Below, one piece after another: positions 1 to 13,256 of a stretch of 64,000 bases of DNA. Location: NCBI RefSeq assembly GCF_902652985.1, contig NC_047016.1, positions 32,302,001 through 32,366,000 of the forward strand, in the 5' to 3' direction. Position 1 is the stretch's first letter. Each line of letters begins with the position of its first letter. Under the pieces are notes generated by a model that saw nothing but the letters and a program-made list of their open reading frames with translations, ran no database searches and was not told where the DNA came from. This DNA comes from Pecten maximus (taxonomy: Eukaryota). The position numbers were made by a program, and so were the translations under genes.

Positions 1-1
1 G

Positions 2-1642
2 TTCATAATCTTCATAATCAAAAGCAGAGAAGACTACCAACTTTTTTTTGTGATAAACCAACTGCGTACCACGTTCTTTAGATCTCTCTTTTTTCAGTAC
101 TGACTTGATGATCAGTCCCCCATCTCTTGGCGTCCATTGGATTATCTCCCCTGCCCCTGATGCAAGGTACACTGTCTTGTCCACAGTGATAGCACCACTT
201 AAAGCAACAGGCACAGGTAGATCACCAAATACTGTTGTTTGTCTAGATACTGTGTCAAAACACTGGATTTTTAATGAAGCACTATCTTCTCTCGTCTTTC
301 CTCCAAAAATATAGACTTTTCTATCGATGGCTGTCGCACTGAAGGTATGTACTGCACAGGGGAGAGCTCCTTTAGTAACTGGAGACCAAGACTCACTGGT
401 GATGTTAAACTCCATAATCCCAGTCATCACCCTGTTGTGTTCCACCTCGCAGCCACCAATGGCATACAAACTCTCTCTCACACAGACCAGAGCATGGTTA
501 TACATGCGTTTTCCTGAAGATGGACACTTCACCCAACTGTTCGTAAGCGAAATGAATTTCTGTAGTTGTCCACGAGAGTTTGCTACCCCTCCATGGACAT
601 ACAAATCATTATCATGGATACATGAAGCGGTTCCTAGGCCATATGCTGTCGGACTTGAGAAGCGCTGGAACCCCCAATTTTCTTCCTGGAAACTGTATGC
701 ATATAGGGATGGTGTATTGTCACACTTAACGCTGAACATGACATTTGTGAGCTTTGATTTTTTCCTGTAATGTGTCCGATGTGAGGAAATCTCATGACGT
801 CTAAATCCAACACAGTGATAAAGTTTGGCCTCATCTAATAAACTTCTCACACGACAGTTTTCGCAGAGAATTGGAAAACGCTCAGTTAACTCAAACAGAT
901 ACTCAGCTGGCATCAGTGGGAATTTCACATATTCTAGTACACTGTACAGAACAGCATCAACCTGGCGCTCCTCTTTCTTGTGAGTCACCCAGTTCATGAT
1001 AGCTTCGGCAGTGTTCTCTTCTGCAGCTGTGATTAGACTCTCCATTTTCATCATTTCTATAACATCATCCTTGTCTAGGTTCAAAAAGTCCTCAGTTATA
1101 CTGAATTTATCAAACTTCTCACCCAGTTTTTCTAGACATGAGTCAGTCAGTTTCTTGCATGAATGTGATTTTGCAAACTTCAATGTTGAAGCACTGTCCT
1201 CGAATGTCAGTTTGTCAATAATGAAATTCTCACAATCATACTGAAGAGATCCTATCCCAAGCATGCAAGCTGATTTAAGCAAGTCTTGTACATTTTCATT
1301 TCCGATGACTTCATCAAAGGCATATATGTAGTCTAGTATGCACTTGAAAGTTGCTGCACTGACACATTTTAATTCAACTTCCGCCTGGGACTTTTCTTTA
1401 AATTCACTTGTGAACATGCTACGGAAAAATGGCGAAAGTGCAGCTAGCACTAGTCGATGACAAGGGAATTTTTCTGACTCTATCACAATAGTAACATCAG
1501 TCAGTTTTTTTTCATGGTACAAAGCTTGAATTCCTTCATGTAGATCACGACCAAGATATGGTCCCTCATCTTCTTGCTCATTATCATCCTCATCATCATT
1601 TTTGTCCTGGGAATGGTTAGAGGATGCATCCACATCTGCCAT
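2..1642 (-). CDS. BTB-BACK-Kelch (kelch-like) protein, 3'-truncated by the window edge (at least 547 aa in one exon)
   Basis: Manual translation from ATG at 1642: MADVDASSNHSQDKNDDEDDNEQEDEG..., BTB (LTDVTIVIESEKFPCHRLVLAALSPFFRSMFTSEFKE), BACK (FLNLDKDDV...EENTAEAIMNWV...YVKFPLM), Kelch repeats (LYVHGG, LYAIGG, VYIFGG). No stop before position 1, so absent from the ORF track. Acceptor ttcttattctgcattacag lies directly before the ATG. Confidence 0.93.
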   Translation of the reverse strand, partial: MADVDASSNHSQDKNDDEDDNEQEDEGPYLGRDLHEGIQALYHEKKLTDVTIVIESEKFPCHRLVLAALSPFFRSMFTSEFKEKSQAEVELKCVSAATFKCILDYIYAFDEVIGNENVQDLLKSACMLGIGSLQYDCENFIIDKLTFEDSASTLKFAKSHSCKKLTDSCLEKLGEKFDKFSITEDFLNLDKDDVIEMMKMESLITAAEENTAEAIMNWVTHKKEERQVDAVLYSVLEYVKFPLMPAEYLFELTERFPILCENCRVRSLLDEAKLYHCVGFRRHEISSHRTHYRKKSKLTNVMFSVKCDNTPSLYAYSFQEENWGFQRFSSPTAYGLGTASCIHDNDLYVHGGVANSRGQLQKFISLTNSWVKCPSSGKRMYNHALVCVRESLYAIGGCEVEHNRVMTGIMEFNITSESWSPVTKGALPCAVHTFSATAIDRKVYIFGGKTREDSASLKIQCFDTVSRQTTVFGDLPVPVALSGAITVDKTVYLASGAGEIIQWTPRDGGLIIKSVLKKERSKERGTQLVYHKKKLVVFSAFDYEDYE

Positions 1643-2897
1643 CTGTAATGCAGAATAAGAATTGTAAATCAATTCAATGTCATGCATCATGTTTGAGCTG
1701 ACACATGATAAGCTGTAAAAATGAGTATGTGGTAGCTATATCTATATAGGGCCATGCAAGAAATGTTGTAAGCCGTTAGCACTGAAATGGCATTATGCTC
1801 CCAAGGGAGTTGAGAAAGGCATTGGCTGGTTATTAAAGGCCCAATAACCATAGATAATAATATGTGAACTGCTTTGAGACAGCTGTATGTATCTGTTAAA
1901 GTGGTATATTAAAGTCCAAATTATTATTACAGAAACAAAAATTCTCCAGGGCAAGAACAACCAATGAATGTACCTCTGTGATGTGCTGATTTTTCTCCTG
2001 TTTATGCAACCCTGTCCAGTGTGTGTGTAATGTGCTTGTTGTCTGGAATGATATGGTCAAGCCAGTCTGGTCTGACCAATTCAGCAAGCAGATATATATA
2101 TATGCATGATTTTAATGTGGCAGTGTACTAATGAGTAATGTGTACATTTGCAACTTAAAAGTTTGTTACTGGGAATTAATTGGTCTAGACCAGTAATTAT
2201 GACATGATGTACATGTAATTTGTTTGGCAGTGTATTAGTTGTGTTTTTTCGAAGAATTTTCTTCCTGTGTCCAAAAAATGTGATGAAATGTTCAGTATAC
2301 ATGTATATGTAATCTATTTAGTAAACTCGAAAGAAAGATATATTTTGCCACTACATGAATTGGACGTTCTATCATTATCTATCATGTAAATTGTAATTCA
2401 TGTAGTATATATATATTACTAAAAAAAACTTATGGATGAATATTTCTATTATAGCCATATATTCGTATAAACAAGGACAAATTGTCCGATTCAGGTGGCT
2501 TTAGCAGGATAGTAAAATTAGTAGAGAATGTTTTATATCTTTATTCCTCTTTTCAATTTGTTTTATTTTTTTAACCGGCCAGACGACTAAAAACTGTTTC
2601 AACATTTTTTGCTTTTATGTATTAAAATATACAAAAAGTAACGTGGAATGGAAACTCAATTAAGCAGCAGATGGGCCTAACACATTACACAAAATTAACA
2701 TTATTGAATAACTCATGGCCTGTGGATATGACATTCCAGTTATCTCCCCTGTGGCAAAGGACGTACAGTGCTAACGATATTATGACAACACCGTAACGCA
2801 CAACACATCCTATAACAACGAACAGAATATTCATGTCTTGGGGTCCAGTTGCCTTATTATTCAATATATATACTAACAACACCGTGACTATCCTTAC

Positions 2898-2950
2898 CAT
2901 AAACCCCTTTCGTTGTTTCCAGCCGAGGTATAATATCAACTTCCGGTTTG
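2898..2950 (-). promoter_or_regulatory. Probable first exon/promoter of the kelch gene
   Basis: Minus strand reads aaaccggaagt (ETS-like motif)...ggggtttatg|gtaagg, a donor at 2897 that could pair with the acceptor at 1643. Confidence 0.45.
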
Positions 2951-4740
2951 ACGGAATATTCTAAATAAAGAGTCAAAAAGTAACTTTATTTTTTTATGTT
3001 TAGGCCTATGTTTTTTTTATCAAGTGGTTGGTCTATTTCTTTAAAAAAAAAAGACGCAGTATCCGATTTAATAAAGAGACAGTAATTGGAATTATAAATG
3101 ATTGGATTCGATCTGAATTATTTAGTGATGTACATCAGAGCCATGTCTGTTCTTGTTTTATAAAATTAGTCAGAAATACCTATATAAAGATCATATATAT
3201 TTATCACTGTCTAATTTTATAATAAAAGACTAGAAACGTACCTGTGTGAACAGTACAGTAGTTTTCCTTGACATATATACTTTGGGCAACAACTTGTACC
3301 AAATATCTTCGATGTATTGAATATTTGCTCTGGTGAAAAATTCTAAATTTTCTGACAACTAACATTTTGAATGTTAAGTACATGTATATGATTTTACGTG
3401 AATTCTGCTGTTTTGACCATACTTACAACAAATCAAGGCAATACCTTAAAAAATGTCTTATCAGATATGTATGAATATTCTTGGAATTGACAAAACTATC
3501 ACATTCTATTTAATCTAGAAGTTGAAATTATTGATCTAGTAAATAATATGTTTACCAGAAAAACAATTTTTGTAACCCCTACCCCTAAATTTTGAAGTAC
3601 CCAATTTTCACCATTTTTGCTAGATTTTTAACGCTTCATATAGGAGGTTCTGCTGACAAAACGTTTTAAAGATATTTCGCTGATAAAATGTTTTTCTAAT
3701 ACCAGTGATGCAAAAATGTTGGGTCAGTGTGCTTACTTTTTTGTCCTGAACTAATATTTGTTATTTTTCAGTTTTTTTTAGGAAAAAAATATTTTAAGTG
3801 ATCCAGTAACACTTAAATGTGAAAATAAAATGCAAAACCTGTGTAATTCCACACTTTGTTGTTTACTATTTTCATCGCATTGAACGTTGCAATTTTTTAC
3901 AGCAAAAATGAATTAGAAACATTCAAAATTGCCAACGCAAAATTGGTTTTAGTGAAAACAGTTACTATGTAAGTCAAAAAATGTGAAATTTGAGCCTTGC
4001 ATTTTCTTTTTAATGCAAGAAACAGCAATTTTTAAATCATTTTTGTAATTCTTCTAAAAACAAATCCACATAAGAAGTCTAAAATTTTGACACATTTTTC
4101 AGACACAATCTTGCTAAACAAAATTGCCATGTTCTTGTTTTACATTACAAAAACTTTTGATGCAAGATCGAAACGAGACTTCAACGTGACTGAAACCTCA
4201 AAAAAGCAGATCCTTAAAATCCCCTGCATATACATAGACCGAACGGTGGTCTTAGTTTGCCGTGCGTTTATAGCTCACAACCAGTCCGGCCGCACGATCG
4301 CCTGATGGTTACATAATTACCATGCATGCAATGATGTAACCGCCTTTCTGGCGTCGTGTGGCTTCAACAAAAAAAAAAAAACAAGACTGTACGGCGACCG
4401 GGTAAGGGGTCAACGATTCAAAAATCGTGCAGCAGAGATTTTCCGGTAAAAAAAATCAAAATAAGCCGTGCGGGGACCGTAACATGTGAAGTATATGCGA
4501 CAGCGGGAATGTTGTGGCGGCCGTTTATGTATATTGAACCGCACGTCCGCTTGAATTTGACAGATTTACATGACATATATCGTCGATGTAGTCTTGAAGA
4601 CGCCTAACCTTCCTGAGCATCTGGGCTTATTCTCTCGGTACTTTTTCTAGAGTATCCGCGTAAATCTATTGGTTAATACTTTACCCTCGTTTTATCGATT
4701 TACTTGATGTTTACATGTCGCTAGTTTTCGTTGTTTGAGT

Positions 4741-4861
4741 CACAGGCGTCTGCTTCTGGTTAGTATTAATAGGAAAACATATTAACTCCCAACTCCTATT
4801 TTAGTAAGAGTAGGGGATACTACTGTTTTTTATAGATACTTACCAGAAGCAGACGCCCGTG
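4741..4861. mobile_element. 121-bp fold-back MITE-like element
   Basis: cacaggcgtctgcttctggt (4741-4760) vs accagaagcagacgcccgtg (4842-4861): 19/20 inverted match; interior is an imperfect palindrome; no clear TSD. Confidence 0.65.
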
Positions 4862-7260
4862 TCAACATATGTATTCAGACGAGATTACAGGGAACCTTCG
4901 TTGTTATTGTATAACGCCTATATTTTCTATTGACAGACCAGGACAGTTGATATTCGTGCATGTCATTATCGATTTAAGTAAAACATTAAACGGGATAAAT
5001 TAATTTAATTAATGCCTTTGAACAATTCCCACCAGATAAAGTTGTGTTTTTATTAATCAGTCGTTAGCTGGCGAATATAATGTAGATTGAAGATTGGAAG
5101 TTGATATCGGGCACATGGACCTGAGAATTGTCAGTACAGTCTACGTGTTTGGACTTCTGTATATCACTAACACCAGGGATGTTATTTTTACCGAATTTTA
5201 ATCTAAAATGTGCTATACACATTAGGGAAGGAGACTGTTACCAATTCCCAGGTTCCTGTGGCAAAGGAAAGCTACTGTATGTATGTACATTTTGTACACT
5301 GACATGTACAACTCAAGTGAACACCAGGAACTTCACAAATAACGTAAACACTAATTAATTTCTTGATAAAAAGCAAACTGATTTTGCATATCACCTCGAA
5401 TTTTAGCATGTTCATATGCACTATAAGTTATATAGTCAAACACGTGTTGCAGTTCAACGTTACGTATACATTACACCAATATAGAAATATGACCGATTCC
5501 AAATGTTTACCTGATGGTAAATAATAATATACATATCAATTACACGTTTTTTCTGACAAGGTTTAGAACATACAAACACACTAAAACGTTAGCTTGAAAT
5601 CGAATATTGAAAATCATCAAATTTATCTTTTTGTTTGTTCTTCCTCTTCAGATTTTTTTTTACCTATTTTGATTTTTTTCGTTGTCTCATATGATCTGAA
5701 GGGGATATATTCATTTTTATTGCGGATATGTTGATTGATTCAATCGTATTTTATTGTCAAAACGTAAAAAGGGATTTGGCACAAGTTTTTGCAACTTATC
5801 AACGCCATTTCCCAAAACAAATACAAAATTACAATATTTGACAAAATAAAGACTAAAGGTCACCAATTCAGTATTTTTGTAATATTTTTGTAACATTTCT
5901 CTCCGATTTGTCAAAAGGCAGGAAGTACAGAACAAACAAATATCATGCTTTTTAAAATCTATTGTCTGTTCTTATAAACTTGTGCACATTTCTGAATATG
6001 ATTAAATTAGTGTCTACTGGCAGATGAACATTTCTACCTAGGAGTAACTGTAAGTTCATAGCTGCATCGATATCTACGTTTCGAAGACTAATTAAGAAAA
6101 AGTAATTGCCTCTATTTTTAAAACCACAATTCTTCCATAAAAATCGTCTAGCCTAAATCGTAAAAACGGAGAATTAATCTACAGAAAAACTTAAATATTG
6201 AAAGTACTGAAAATCAAAGTATGCTATAGAGCTTATGCACGAAAGTCTTTTTTTTTTAATTTATATTTTGCAAATGTATATAAAAACTAAGCTATCGATA
6301 CAATAAAACCAAATTGCTGGTACACTTATTAAACCGGAGAACCACTGTACTAGTACTATGTATCGGTTTTAAAACCTTGACCGTCTTTGGCACAAGAAAT
6401 AGCCACATGGTGTCAATAGTCATTAACATGTCCTTGTCTGTTGAGGACATATTGGTTTTATCTTCCCAGTAGACTTTATCGATGTCTAAGATGTCAGGAA
6501 CTGTTAATACAAATTTTGCCATTTTCTGGTAGACGACGATATTTTCTAATTGGCGTCAGTGACGTCGGTCAAAACGACGTCATATAGTGATGACGTCACG
6601 ATCATTGTTCTTCATACCACTACGCCTATGATCTGATAACTTATTATGTTGGTTGCTTAGATTATATAGTGACAATGCAGAGCAAATGGAAATTAAAAAA
6701 AAATAGCCTTTTCATCGGAAGCTCCTCTCCGATATCGATGTCTAGGGAGGTGTCCGAATAACCTTATCAAACCCAGATAACGGTTCCCATGGGGATAAAT
6801 GTATAAGATTACACGTCACTGGAAATTACTGAAACCTTTTAGCAAGAAACATCCCATTTTGGCAGCACACAGGGAGTTGACATGAATTTGCAATAAATAG
6901 TCCACACATATATTTATTATCGATACTATGGACCGTGATTGGAAGTTCGTGCCGAGTCCCAGTGTAACAACAATGACTTACTAATGCCTATAAAATACAT
7001 ATAATGACTTAGATCTAGATCTGCCATTTTATCCAGTTCATACATGATATGGCGTCCTAAGAGAAATGACATAATTGATCTGTAAATAGAATCAATACAT
7101 TAATACAATCGCGATCCTACAAAACAGTACGTGTTGAACAGAAAACATTTAATTGTTTAATGGGTTTGATATCGGCTGATGGAATTAAATCAACAAACGC
7201 TGTCATTGCTGAGATTTTTTTATCTCAAAGCCTACACCGGTTCTGTCTATCTCTCCGAGT

Positions 7261-7686
7261 GTATTGCGGTCCCTTCTATAAAGAACCTTTGCATTGCGGT
7301 CCTTTCCATAAGGAACCTTTGCATTGCGGTCCTTTCAATAAGGAACCTTTGCATTGCTGTCCCTTTCATAAGGAACGTATGGAATGCGGTCCCTTCCATA
7401 AGGAACTTTTGGATTGCGGTCCCTTTCATAAGGAACCTTTGGATTGCGGCCCCTTCCATGAGGAACCTTTGGAATACGGTCACTTCTATAAGTAACCTTT
7501 GGATTGCGGTCCCTTCCAGAAGAAACCTTTATATTGCGGTCTCTTCCAGAAGGAACATTTAGAATACGGCCCCTTCAATAAGTAACCTTTGGATTGCGGT
7601 CCCTTCCAGAAGGAACTTTTAGATTGCGGTCTCTTCCAAAAGGAACCTTTAGATTGCGGTCCCTTCCAGAAGGAACATATGGATTA
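7261..7686. repeat. 30-bp minisatellite (GGATTGCGGTCCCTTCCATAAGGAACCTTT), about 14 copies
   Basis: Directly visible tandem units; explains the repetitive ORFs at 7160-7870. Confidence 0.95.
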
Positions 7687-7956
7687 CGAACACAGCACAA
7701 AATATTACCGCAGGTTTGTATATCCTTTATGCTTTCCATCACAAGGACTTGACACGTGTTCTCAACTATTTATTTGTATCGTAATAATTAAAATCTATAT
7801 ATTTGGACCGTGGACTTGGAATTTGTGCAAAGTCCCTGTGCTCTCCATTTCGATATATTTGCGATATTAATTTGTGATTTACCGTAGAAGTATGTTACCT
7901 TTATACATAAGGCTAACCTTATGACGTTTTCAAGGTCACATACCTATACACATATG

Positions 7957-8095
7957 CTGGCCGGGTGACACAGTGATAACACAATAATTGCCTTTCATCT
8001 AGGCGGTCGAGGTTCGATTCCTTGTTCGGACGTGAAATGGCTTGGGGTCAGCTGCCCGATCATGTGTTTTTTTTCTTGTACTCTGATTTCTTCCT
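7957..8095 (+). mobile_element. Degenerate tRNA-derived SINE
   Basis: A-box-like gtgacacagtgata, B-box ggttcgattcc, then a decayed tttt...gtactctgatttcttcc core resembling the SINE at 15828-16039. Confidence 0.6.
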
Positions 8096-9461
8096 CCTCA
8101 TATAGGTTTTTATTTGTTTTTTTGTTTTGCAAGGAGTCTTTGCTTTTAATACCTTTCATCACATAACTTACATTTATTTACATTTGATAGGTTTTATAGT
8201 CAAACTATGTGGACAAAGTCAAACGGAGGCAGTCATTTTGTTGCACCATTCACAATTCATGACGTCACCATCAATTTTTGATCGGCACAGCCAATTAAAA
8301 CACTCCATATGGTATATTACCAGTGATCTATGCATAAATATTACAAGGGCGAATTCAATTGATGATATGCCGATCATGTGATGATTTTCGATATAATATA
8401 TCCCTTCTTAAATCATTAATAAAATGGTACTAGAAATACTCACGTGACGGGATGCTAACGATTTATTAACATACGTATCTTGTTCTGATATTAGCATATT
8501 TCCTGACTCATTTTGTAGATCGATTGACAACCGAGGGGTAACCCTTCATGCCTCTTTTACATACATTGTATTCGTTTTGCAACCACTAATGAAATGTGCA
8601 CCTTTTTTTAGGGGTCGTTCAACGCCTGAAACGAACGCCCGTGATACTGATAGTTATAAATATAAAAGGAGGGTAATGTGAAGTTTACTTTCCGTGTAAC
8701 CATAGGGACCATTAACCATTGTATGACAATGCCCAGCAGGCTCTACATTTCACATAATGAGAAAAACGTATTCGGCATTCATAGTATATGAAATATTGGC
8801 AGAGATGATTTTCCGCCGGATCCTTATAGCAGATATCACCTGTTGCTTCATGTAGATACATGATTCCTCCACTGATTATAGACGATAGTTCCCACGTACA
8901 TCTAATCAGTTTCCAGTTAAACAGACCTACCGACATACACTTAGTAATACTTACCTAGAGTAGTCCCCTACTGCCGAACTATCTCTGCCTATTTAACAGC
9001 TGATATTTTAGTTTGTTGTTAATACTGTAACACAATTAGAATTGTTTACAGAATCTTTAATATGCAGTTCCTGTATCTGTATCTGGGGGTTTCTTCCGGA
9101 AGCCATGAAGGGACTTTATTATTTACCACTTCAGATCTATAATTACTGATCTATCAGTCCATATTTGTTATTATTTAGTTCTTATAACTTAATAAGAAAT
9201 AACAAATCAGTCATTATACATAATAAATAATAATAAATAAAAAGTATCACTCTGGAGCTTCAGTATTGTCTGAATGTTCACAAACAATAATTTTAGTTTT
9301 TGTATGCAAACACAAGACTATGTCATTGTGGACATGCATATACAGCTCTTGTCGGTGTTTTCTTTACAGAAAAATATTCTTACAGGCACATTACCTTCAC
9401 TTCACTTGACAAGACAATAACGTTCAGGAACAGGTAGTTAAGGAAGAAAAGAATATCAGAA

Positions 9462-9830
9462 AATGACACCAGAAAAAAAAATCAAATGATATCAGAAAAA
9501 GATAGATATCCAATGACATCAGAAAAAGATATATATCCAATGACATCAGAAAATGATAGATATCAAATGACATCAGGAAAAGATAGATATCAAATGACAT
9601 CAGGAAAAGATAGATATCCAATAACATCAGAAAAAGATAGATATCAAATAACAGCAGACAAAATATAGATATCAAATGACAGCAGACAAAAGATATATAT
9701 CAAATGCCCTCAGACAAAAGATATATATCAAATGACATCAGAAAAAGATAGATATCAAATGACATCAGAAAAAAGATAGATATCAAATGACATCAGAAAA
9801 AGAGAGATATCAAATGACATCAGAAAAATA
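9462..9830. repeat. 30-bp satellite (ATATCAAATGACATCAGAAAAAGATAG-type), left part
   Basis: Tandem units; the same array resumes at about 11166. Confidence 0.93.
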
Positions 9831-11170
9831 GAGGTTCCCCAACGAGTGGAGATTGTTTATCATTTTTATCTAACTCGAGTTAGTTAATTTTCTAATTTTG
9901 AAAAGACACGAGCTTTAGCGAGTGTCTTTTCAAAATTAGAAAATTAACTAACGAGAGTTGGATAAAAATGATAAACAATCGTCACGAGTAGGGGAACTTG
10001 TTTATCCCATAACTTCTTTACTTACAAATGTAAGCATGTCAAGTTCAAATTCTCCCAACGTAGCAACTAAATTCCGTGAACCAAATCACCACGGGACAAA
10101 ATATAGGTCGTTATGAACGAAAGCTTATCATCTATTTTAGATGCACGACTCATATCTTCTGTACTATATTTTTAAATGATATTATTTCACAAAACGAAAT
10201 ATAAGTTTGGAAGTCCTTGTATCTGTGTAATGTATTAATAGGTAACTTGTTTAAATAGCTCCGCTCGAAATATTAGAAGACGACACCGTCATCGCGAAGT
10301 TGAACGTCACCGCTGAATATTAGACTAATCATTGTCAGATTCAATTATCTGTCCTTTCCTGGATTTCGTAGGTATGCTATTACTGGTTATTATGATGTTA
10401 AATGTTCATTCTGAGACATGAGACAAATTTTCCAAGATGATTTTTAAAGTTTTGTGTTTGGGATAAATATATTCGTAATAAAGGTAAGTGGAATGATAAG
10501 AAAACTTGTGTTTATTCGGGTTTTTTTCCTGGTCCGTACGAATGACACCCAACTAAAAGGGAAGCTGCCTAACAGTTACGTTAGATGGTGCGACCGTTTC
10601 ATTCAAATGACTACGATTTAGAGACAGCGATTTAACCATTTTGTATTAGGCTACATTTGTTCATTGTTTTGATAATTCATTCATTGCTATCGGGATCCAC
10701 TGCATATCTAGAATTAAAGGGGGGGGGGGGGGGGGGTCAGTTTTAATTCGCTACTTGTAGGCCTATAATCTATGCAATATCTCGCTTCCGTCGTCTATTT
10801 TACCATCAAATTTTATTTCGTACGACTCAAACCCCAGATTAATCGACATTTCCATGAGGACACCCGGGGACCCCTCTCACCCAGTTTAATATGCTAATGT
10901 TGAGCACCAAAAAATCATCAAAACGTGTCCATGCTGATCTTTTGAAGACAGACGGCAAAAAAAAGAGAAGATAAATGAGAGTAGTAAAAATAGTCCGTGG
11001 TCAAAGGCCAGAGGTTAGCCAATCAGATTCGTTGGAGGTCACAAATGACCAATCGGAGGCTTAGAAAGTGGTTACACACCGCGGTGTGTAAACAAAAACA
11101 ATAACACACTGCTACGAATTTTATCACGTGCCATATCAGTTGTGAAACAAGCGTGGTTATGGGATAAATA
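9831..11170 (+). mobile_element. Non-autonomous hairpin-ended element (Crypton/tyrosine-recombinase-type architecture suspected) inserted in the satellite
   Basis: Interrupts a satellite unit with aaata on both sides; 5' end is a hairpin of about 165 nt (9832-9999); tttatcccataac (10001-10013) is complementary to the 3' end gttatgggataaa (11156-11168); no coding capacity. Confidence 0.75.
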
Positions 11171-11460
11171 TAGATATCAAATGACATCAGAAAAATATAG
11201 ATATCAAATGACATCAGAAAAAGAGAGATATCAAATGACATCAGACAAAAGATAGATATCAAATGACAGCAGACAAAAGATAGATATCAAATGACATCAG
11301 AAAAAGAGAGATATCAAATGACATGAGAAAAAGATATATATCAAATGACATCAGAAAAAGATAGATATCAAATGACATCAGAAAAAGAGAGATATCAAAT
11401 GACATCAGAAAAAGATATGCAATGTATATCAAATGACATCAGAAAAAGATAGATATACAA
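11166..11460. repeat. 30-bp satellite, right part
   Basis: Same unit as 9462-9830. Confidence 0.93.
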
Positions 11461-12974
11461 TGAGATAAATATGACACTGTAAGGTCTCGGACAAGATGGC
11501 AGGAGGAAAAAACAACAACAAAATACACAATACTATTTTTTTCGAGAATTAAAGTTTTATTTTCAAGAGGAAGAGTAGATACTGTAATAAGTACATTGTA
11601 ATAATTAATAACAGGACGCACATTCAACAGAATTTGTGCGAAAAACAACTGAGTCTCGGTGTTTGGAATTGATACCAAGCATATAAGAGGTCTAACAATA
11701 TTAATACAGGCAACTGTTCATAAAGAATCTCATTTATCATTACATTGATACTGGGCCTCAAAAAGAAAGCTATTAGTAACACAAAGACATCGTTATATAT
11801 ATTTACTAGGATCATGAACGCAGACAGGTTTTTAAAACATTATAACAATATCAAATATTGTATGTAAAATTGGTTCAAGGAATATAACTGGCACATGTAT
11901 GATGCAGGTTTTCTTCCATCGCTGGGAAATATTGGCGACGATTCTGAAAAAGTTCACATTGTGGTGAATGGAGAAAATGTCATAAGGACCACTTATATAA
12001 AATGTTAACATGAAAGTTTATATGATGAAGATAGTAAGAAAAAAAACATTGTTATATATAGTTGTTTTTTTAAAACTCTTAAAAATCAAATGGACATACA
12101 GCCCAATATAGATGACACTGACAATGAACAGCTACCAGTTGTAGTATAAGACAATATGTATACAATGATGACAGGTACATGGAATGTCGCCGTTAGCATC
12201 AGGTAACAGTTCAATTCTTATATTTATATCACTGTACATCAATATATATATTTTTTGTGACTGAAGTGAAAATGCGTTTAGATTTAATACCGACATATAG
12301 GCAAATGCAACATAGAATGTAGATATATAAATTCAATTTATATACAAATAAGCATAAGACATTTGAATGTATATTCTTATACTAAATATATCGATTTCAT
12401 AGAAGTCATGCTGTAATGTGTACGATTATCGGTGTGGAAATCACGTGTCTATGGCAAAGATAATTATATACATGTACATATATTTTGCTTTGATCTCTAA
12501 CCGTGCTTATTATTGTTTACTAAACAAACGAATACATGTTATCATGTATTTTTTGTTGCTTATTTTTGACAATGTCATCAAGCACTTATTCGGTATACAT
12601 GCCCTTTTCTAGTTCCCTATGCACACTGACACAGATAAGTCGAACCATACGAGTTTTACTATATATACAAATAGGCACGCGCCATTTGAATTTCGAAACT
12701 ATTCATGACCTTTGAAGTCCATTTATATGTTCCATCCGTCAGTAATGGTGAACTATAATGTCGCTTTACTTTGACCTTACTTGTGTTATTCCACCTACCT
12801 GATTATAAATCAAACCTCACATCCACTATCATATTTTGGATGAGGAATTGTATTTTGCACTCTTGAAAACATATACCATTAATATAATTAAAAGTATAAA
12901 ACCGACGCACAGCCCCTTTTGGAGATCAACCATGCAATACATAAAATAAATAACAAATCTCTTCATCAACAGAT

Positions 12975-13256
12975 GTATATGAATCATTTATGTCATGCTG
13001 AATTTCTTAAATTATTCATGCTATGCTGATTAGCATGAATTATATATGTTATGCTGATTCATATGAATCATTCATGCTATCCTGATTAACATGAACTAAT
13101 CATGCTATGCTGATTTACATGAATTATTCATGTTATGCTGATTCATATGAATTATTCATGCTATTCTGATTAACATGAATTATTCATGCTATGCTGATTT
13201 ACACGAGTTATCTATGTTATGCTGCTCAACATGAAATATTTATGTTATGCTGATTT
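12975..13256. repeat. About 27-bp minisatellite (ATGAATTATTCATGCTATGCTGATTAAC-like)
   Basis: About 10 diverged tandem units, each containing the palindrome-like atgaat(t)attcat. Confidence 0.85.

Noticed and set aside
105-1244. ORFs at 105-314, 327-770, 634-834 and 996-1244
   Set aside because: Antisense or out-of-frame shadows of the kelch CDS.
6550-6600. Cluster of GACGTC/TGACGTCA (CRE-like) motifs
   Set aside because: No linked gene start; such motifs are frequent within repeats.
7160-7870. Repeat-protein ORFs (CGPFHKEPL)n
   Set aside because: Products of a 30-bp minisatellite open in several frames and both strands, interrupted by stops; no gene structure.
10718-10736. Poly-G runs (also near 19310, 19680, 58660) as G-quadruplex elements
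   Set aside because: Simple homopolymers, common and of unreliable length; no functional context.
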